A program made the position numbers and the translations under genes. Below, in pieces: positions 9,676-11,968 of a DNA stretch of 11,968 nt. The notes below the pieces were generated by a model. It was not told the DNA's origin, ran no database searches, and saw only the letters and a list, made by a program, of their open reading frames with translations. The first letter of the stretch is position 1, and every line of letters starts with the position of its first letter. The DNA is from Methanobacteriaceae archaeon. GTDB lineage: Archaea; Methanobacteriota; Methanobacteria; Methanobacteriales; Methanobacteriaceae. The stretch spans positions 1-11,968 of the forward strand of contig PWMT01000161.1 of assembly GCA_003558085.1 (NCBI GenBank). The letters are read 5' to 3'.

Positions 9676-9689
9676 TATTTACACTCCAA
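9598..9689. repeat. nested inverted repeats in the ehbE-ehbF spacer
   Basis: Outer TTGGAGTG (9598-9605) / CACTCCAA (9682-9689). Inner 31-bp palindrome AATCA-tc-TTCAATTT-g-AAATTGAA-tt-TGATT (9606-9636). Confidence 0.75.
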
Positions 9690-9690
9690 T

Positions 9691-10053
9691 TTACTCATTC
9701 AATATTTTAGAGGCACTGATGGTACCGTGTTTTTTATAAAGTATGATAATAATTCCTAACATAACTGCTAGAGTACTGGCTCCAATTACAATGCTGGTAA
9801 GTACCATAGCAAAGGGCAGAGGATAAGAGGCGGTCTGGGTAAAAATATCTGCTGACATACCAGGTAAGAAAATATAAACCATTCCTCCTGGCCTGTAACC
9901 TAAGGTAACCAAGAACAGATTAACTCCATCAGCTATAAAAGCTAGGCCAATGACTTTCTTGATTAGATTATCAATGAATAAGGCTGCAAATAAACCCAGC
10001 ACAATAAGTGCAGCTGCAGTGAAAAATGATGCAACTTGTACGTCGATGACCAT
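9691..10053 (-). CDS. ehbE: energy-converting hydrogenase B subunit E (MnhC/NuoK-like)
   Basis: [22 protein letters not shown] and [14 protein letters not shown]nhC motifs; SD AAGGAGG. Confidence 0.93.
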   Translation of the reverse strand: MVIDVQVASFFTAAALIVLGLFAALFIDNLIKKVIGLAFIADGVNLFLVTLGYRPGGMVYIFLPGMSADIFTQTASYPLPFAMVLTSIVIGASTLAVMLGIIIILYKKHGTISASKILNE

Positions 10054-10054
10054 T

Positions 10055-10288
10055 TCATTCCTCCTTTCTCCTAGTTTTATAAACTGCTAACGCAAAAAAC
10101 ACCGGGATAATAGCTGAACCCACTATGCCCTGGGTTAAAGCCACATCTGGAGCCAGAAGATACTGATAGAGAAATGCAATAGATGCTCCTGGTATTCCAG
10201 TCAATATAGCTGCTTTTAGAAGATCTCTTTGTATTAAAGCCATGAGAGCTCCTAAAACAGTAGTAATCATTAAAATATATTCAATCAT
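10055..10288 (-). CDS. ehbD: energy-converting hydrogenase B subunit D (DUF4040 / MrpA C-terminal-like)
   Basis: RDLLKAAI and [10 protein letters not shown] signature. ATG 10288 (MIEYIL) follows SD GGGAGG and overlaps the ehbC stop by 8 nt. Confidence 0.9.
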   Translation of the reverse strand: MIEYILMITTVLGALMALIQRDLLKAAILTGIPGASIAFLYQYLLAPDVALTQGIVGSAIIPVFFALAVYKTRRKEE

Positions 10289-10556
10289 GTGTTTCCTCCC
10301 CATAATTATAAGCGTTAGCAATAGCATGTGAGGCAAAGGGGGCTAAAATGAAATAAGTTACTGCCAGTAAAGGTTCATATAAGGTTAAAAGGGCGAGAAT
10401 ACAGGCTACATCAGCAATACCCAATATATGTATTCGCGCATAAAGAACATTCTTTCTATCATCCTTAAATCTTATTATTCCAATAGCAGCGAATATTAAT
10501 AGTGCAGAAGCTATAATCAGGATCAATGATCTTATGATAGTTATTACATCCCACAT
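10281..10556 (-). CDS. ehbC: energy-converting hydrogenase B subunit C (MnhG-like)
   Basis: [29 protein letters not shown]nhG motifs. ATG 10556 (MWDVI) follows SD GGAGG, 1 nt after the ehbB stop. Confidence 0.92.
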   Translation of the reverse strand: MWDVITIIRSLILIIASALLIFAAIGIIRFKDDRKNVLYARIHILGIADVACILALLTLYEPLLAVTYFILAPFASHAIANAYNYGEETHD

Positions 10557-10557
10557 C

Positions 10558-10824
10558 TTATCCTCCCCCTCCCCGTAGCACCCGGGCAAAGGCAATAGTT
10601 CCTACTGGTCCAAGCACCACCAAGGCATATGCTATATCCCTACTAAATCCGATAAAGTAAATATTTTGAATCAATATTAGAAGTGTGGCCACTGCAATAC
10701 TTAATCCCAGTATACCCACCATTCCCATAGCAATGGTTTTTCTGGTAGCAATTCTTACTGAAGCCAGCACAAAGAAAGCTAATGAACCCATGAGAATATA
10801 TTGAGAAATTAAAAAAATATTCAT
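10558..10824 (-). CDS. ehbB: energy-converting hydrogenase B subunit B (MnhF-like)
   Basis: 88 aa, 3 hydrophobic segments, [19 protein letters not shown]nhF-like C-terminus. Confidence 0.9.
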   Translation of the reverse strand: MNIFLISQYILMGSLAFFVLASVRIATRKTIAMGMVGILGLSIAVATLLILIQNIYFIGFSRDIAYALVVLGPVGTIAFARVLRGGGG

Positions 10825-10897
10825 ATACTTACTTCCTTATTTTTTTACCAGTACTAAAGATATTAAATACTTATCTTTAATGAAATTATTTATCTAT

Positions 10898-11209
10898 TTA
10901 TTCAAGCATACCTTTGATATAGGATTCAAAGGGAATAATTTCTTCTTTTTTACGAGGAATAATTGATGCTACTTTGAGAACCTGTCCTTCAGAATCTAAA
11001 TCAATAGACAGAGTTCCAGGTGTAAGAGTAATGCTATTGGCCAGAATGGTCTGGGAAACAGGCCTTTTCAATATGGTTTCAATTTCTACTACTACAGGCT
11101 CGATATTACCGTTAAGAGTTCTTATTGCAACATCTAGCGTAGCTTTCAATATTTCGAAGATTAAGACCACGAAATAAGCAATACCAAAGAAAATCCTCAT
11201 GATAAACAT
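10898..11209 (-). CDS. ehbA: energy-converting hydrogenase B subunit A (MnhE-like)
   Basis: LANSITLTPGTLSID MnhE signature; SD GAGGAG (11220-11225); first gene of the operon. Confidence 0.93.
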   Translation of the reverse strand: MFIMRIFFGIAYFVVLIFEILKATLDVAIRTLNGNIEPVVVEIETILKRPVSQTILANSITLTPGTLSIDLDSEGQVLKVASIIPRKKEEIIPFESYIKGMLE

Positions 11210-11337
11210 TGTTAGCTATCTCCTCTTATAGACAGGGGATTATTTATTAAATTTACATGAATACTGTGGAAATAATTAAAACCAGAATATCCATACTAAT
11301 CCTATCTGATTATAATCCATCATTATAAAACATGATA

Positions 11338-11345
11338 TATATAAA
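11338..11345 (-). promoter_or_regulatory. putative archaeal TATA box (TTTATATA) for the ehb operon
   Basis: Exact methanogen-type TTTATATA on the minus strand about 130 bp upstream of ehbA. No convincing purine-rich BRE, and the region is AT-rich, so tentative. Confidence 0.45.
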
Positions 11346-11569
11346 GATAACGAAAATATTTTGCCTAAACACTGCCTTAAAAATGTTTCTTATAAACTGG
11401 ACTAAAAAAGTATTATACATCATCGTTAAAAAGCATTTAGAAAATATTATAACTGAAAAATAGTAGATACAAATAAAATTTTAGTTTAAAGACTAGGTCT
11501 AAAAAAAATAAATTGCAGTCATAATTAAAATTCTGATAGATAGTAAAATTAGTGCAGGTCGGATATATA

Positions 11570-11968
11570 ATGGAAATTAGTGAAAAATTTGAATTGAGAA
11601 AAATTTTGAATTTTGCAGAAAAATTCATTTCCATTTTAATAGTTATTGTAACCTGCGTATTGTTTTCGATCTCAATTTATACTTTATTTCTAAATATTAT
11701 AACTGCTGATGTGATAAGCAATGATCTACTATATCAGTTAACTAATCAATTCCTACAGAGCTCTTTACTTTTCATAATTGGCCTGGAAATAGCATTAACA
11801 CTGGTAAAACACAGTTTTCTTAATGTAATTGAGCTTTTAATTTTTGCTCTGGTAAGAAAAATACTGCTGGCCACCGAATTCTATTTCGACGTAGCCATAA
11901 TCATTTTAAGTATTATCGCACTTATTCTAGTTAGAAATTACATTCAAAAACAAAGTAATAAGTATCCA
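11570..11968 (+). CDS. PsiE-family (phosphate-starvation-inducible E-like) membrane protein, partial at 3' end
   Basis: ATG 11570, open for 133 codons to the window end: MEISEKFELRKILNFAEKFISILIVIVTCVLFSISIYTLFLNIITADVISNDLLYQLTNQFLQSSLLFIIGLEIALTLVKHSFLNVIELLIFALVRKILLATEFYFDVAIIILSIIALILVRNYIQKQSNKYP. Four hydrophobic segments; LLFIIGLE..LVKH..IFALVRKIL resembles PsiE-like proteins. Not in the ORF track because no stop is in the window. Confidence 0.75.
   Translation, partial: MEISEKFELRKILNFAEKFISILIVIVTCVLFSISIYTLFLNIITADVISNDLLYQLTNQFLQSSLLFIIGLEIALTLVKHSFLNVIELLIFALVRKILLATEFYFDVAIIILSIIALILVRNYIQKQSNKYP

Noticed and set aside
10289..10595. Long N-terminal extensions and overlaps in the ORF track (ehbC, ehbD; likewise ehbG, ehbH, ehbM, ehbQ)
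   Set aside because: Longest-ORF artefacts; downstream ATGs have well-spaced SD sequences and give tight gene junctions.
10974..11177. 67-aa + strand ORF
   Set aside because: Antisense shadow of ehbA.
6900..11209. Stand-alone Mrp/Mnh Na+/H+ antiporter operon, or Eha/Mbh/Ech identity
   Set aside because: The genes are contiguous with [NiFe] hydrogenase subunits, and gene order, the 14-motif polyferredoxin, EhbP and EhbQ match Ehb.
11437..11634. 65-aa minus-strand ORF
   Set aside because: F/L/N/I-rich translation of AT-rich DNA; overlaps the better-supported + strand PsiE-like gene.

Overview
AT-rich archaeal DNA, very likely from a Methanobacteriales methanogen (Methanobacterium-like). About 10.6 kb (559..11209, minus strand) is a complete 17-gene ehbABCDEFGHIJKLMNOPQ operon for the group 4 energy-converting [NiFe]-hydrogenase B. 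It encodes Mrp/Mnh-antiporter-like membrane subunits, a 14-motif polyferredoxin, a 2[4Fe-4S] ferredoxin, small and large hydrogenase subunits, a NuoH-like subunit, EhbP and the ACT-domain protein EhbQ. Two genes missing from the ORF track were found at the edges: the C-terminus of a probable Cas4/Dna2-type Fe-S nuclease (1..102, +) and a divergent PsiE-like membrane protein (11570..>11968, +). A 91-aa hypothetical gene converges on ehbQ. This is mostly a known core-metabolism locus. The most novel signals lie in the long internal spacers, chiefly an unannotated 37-codon ORF with its own SD that nearly fills the ehbE-ehbF gap, overlaps the ehbF start (ATGA) and lies on nested inverted repeats. 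All gene calls come from motifs and recalled synteny; no database searches were run.
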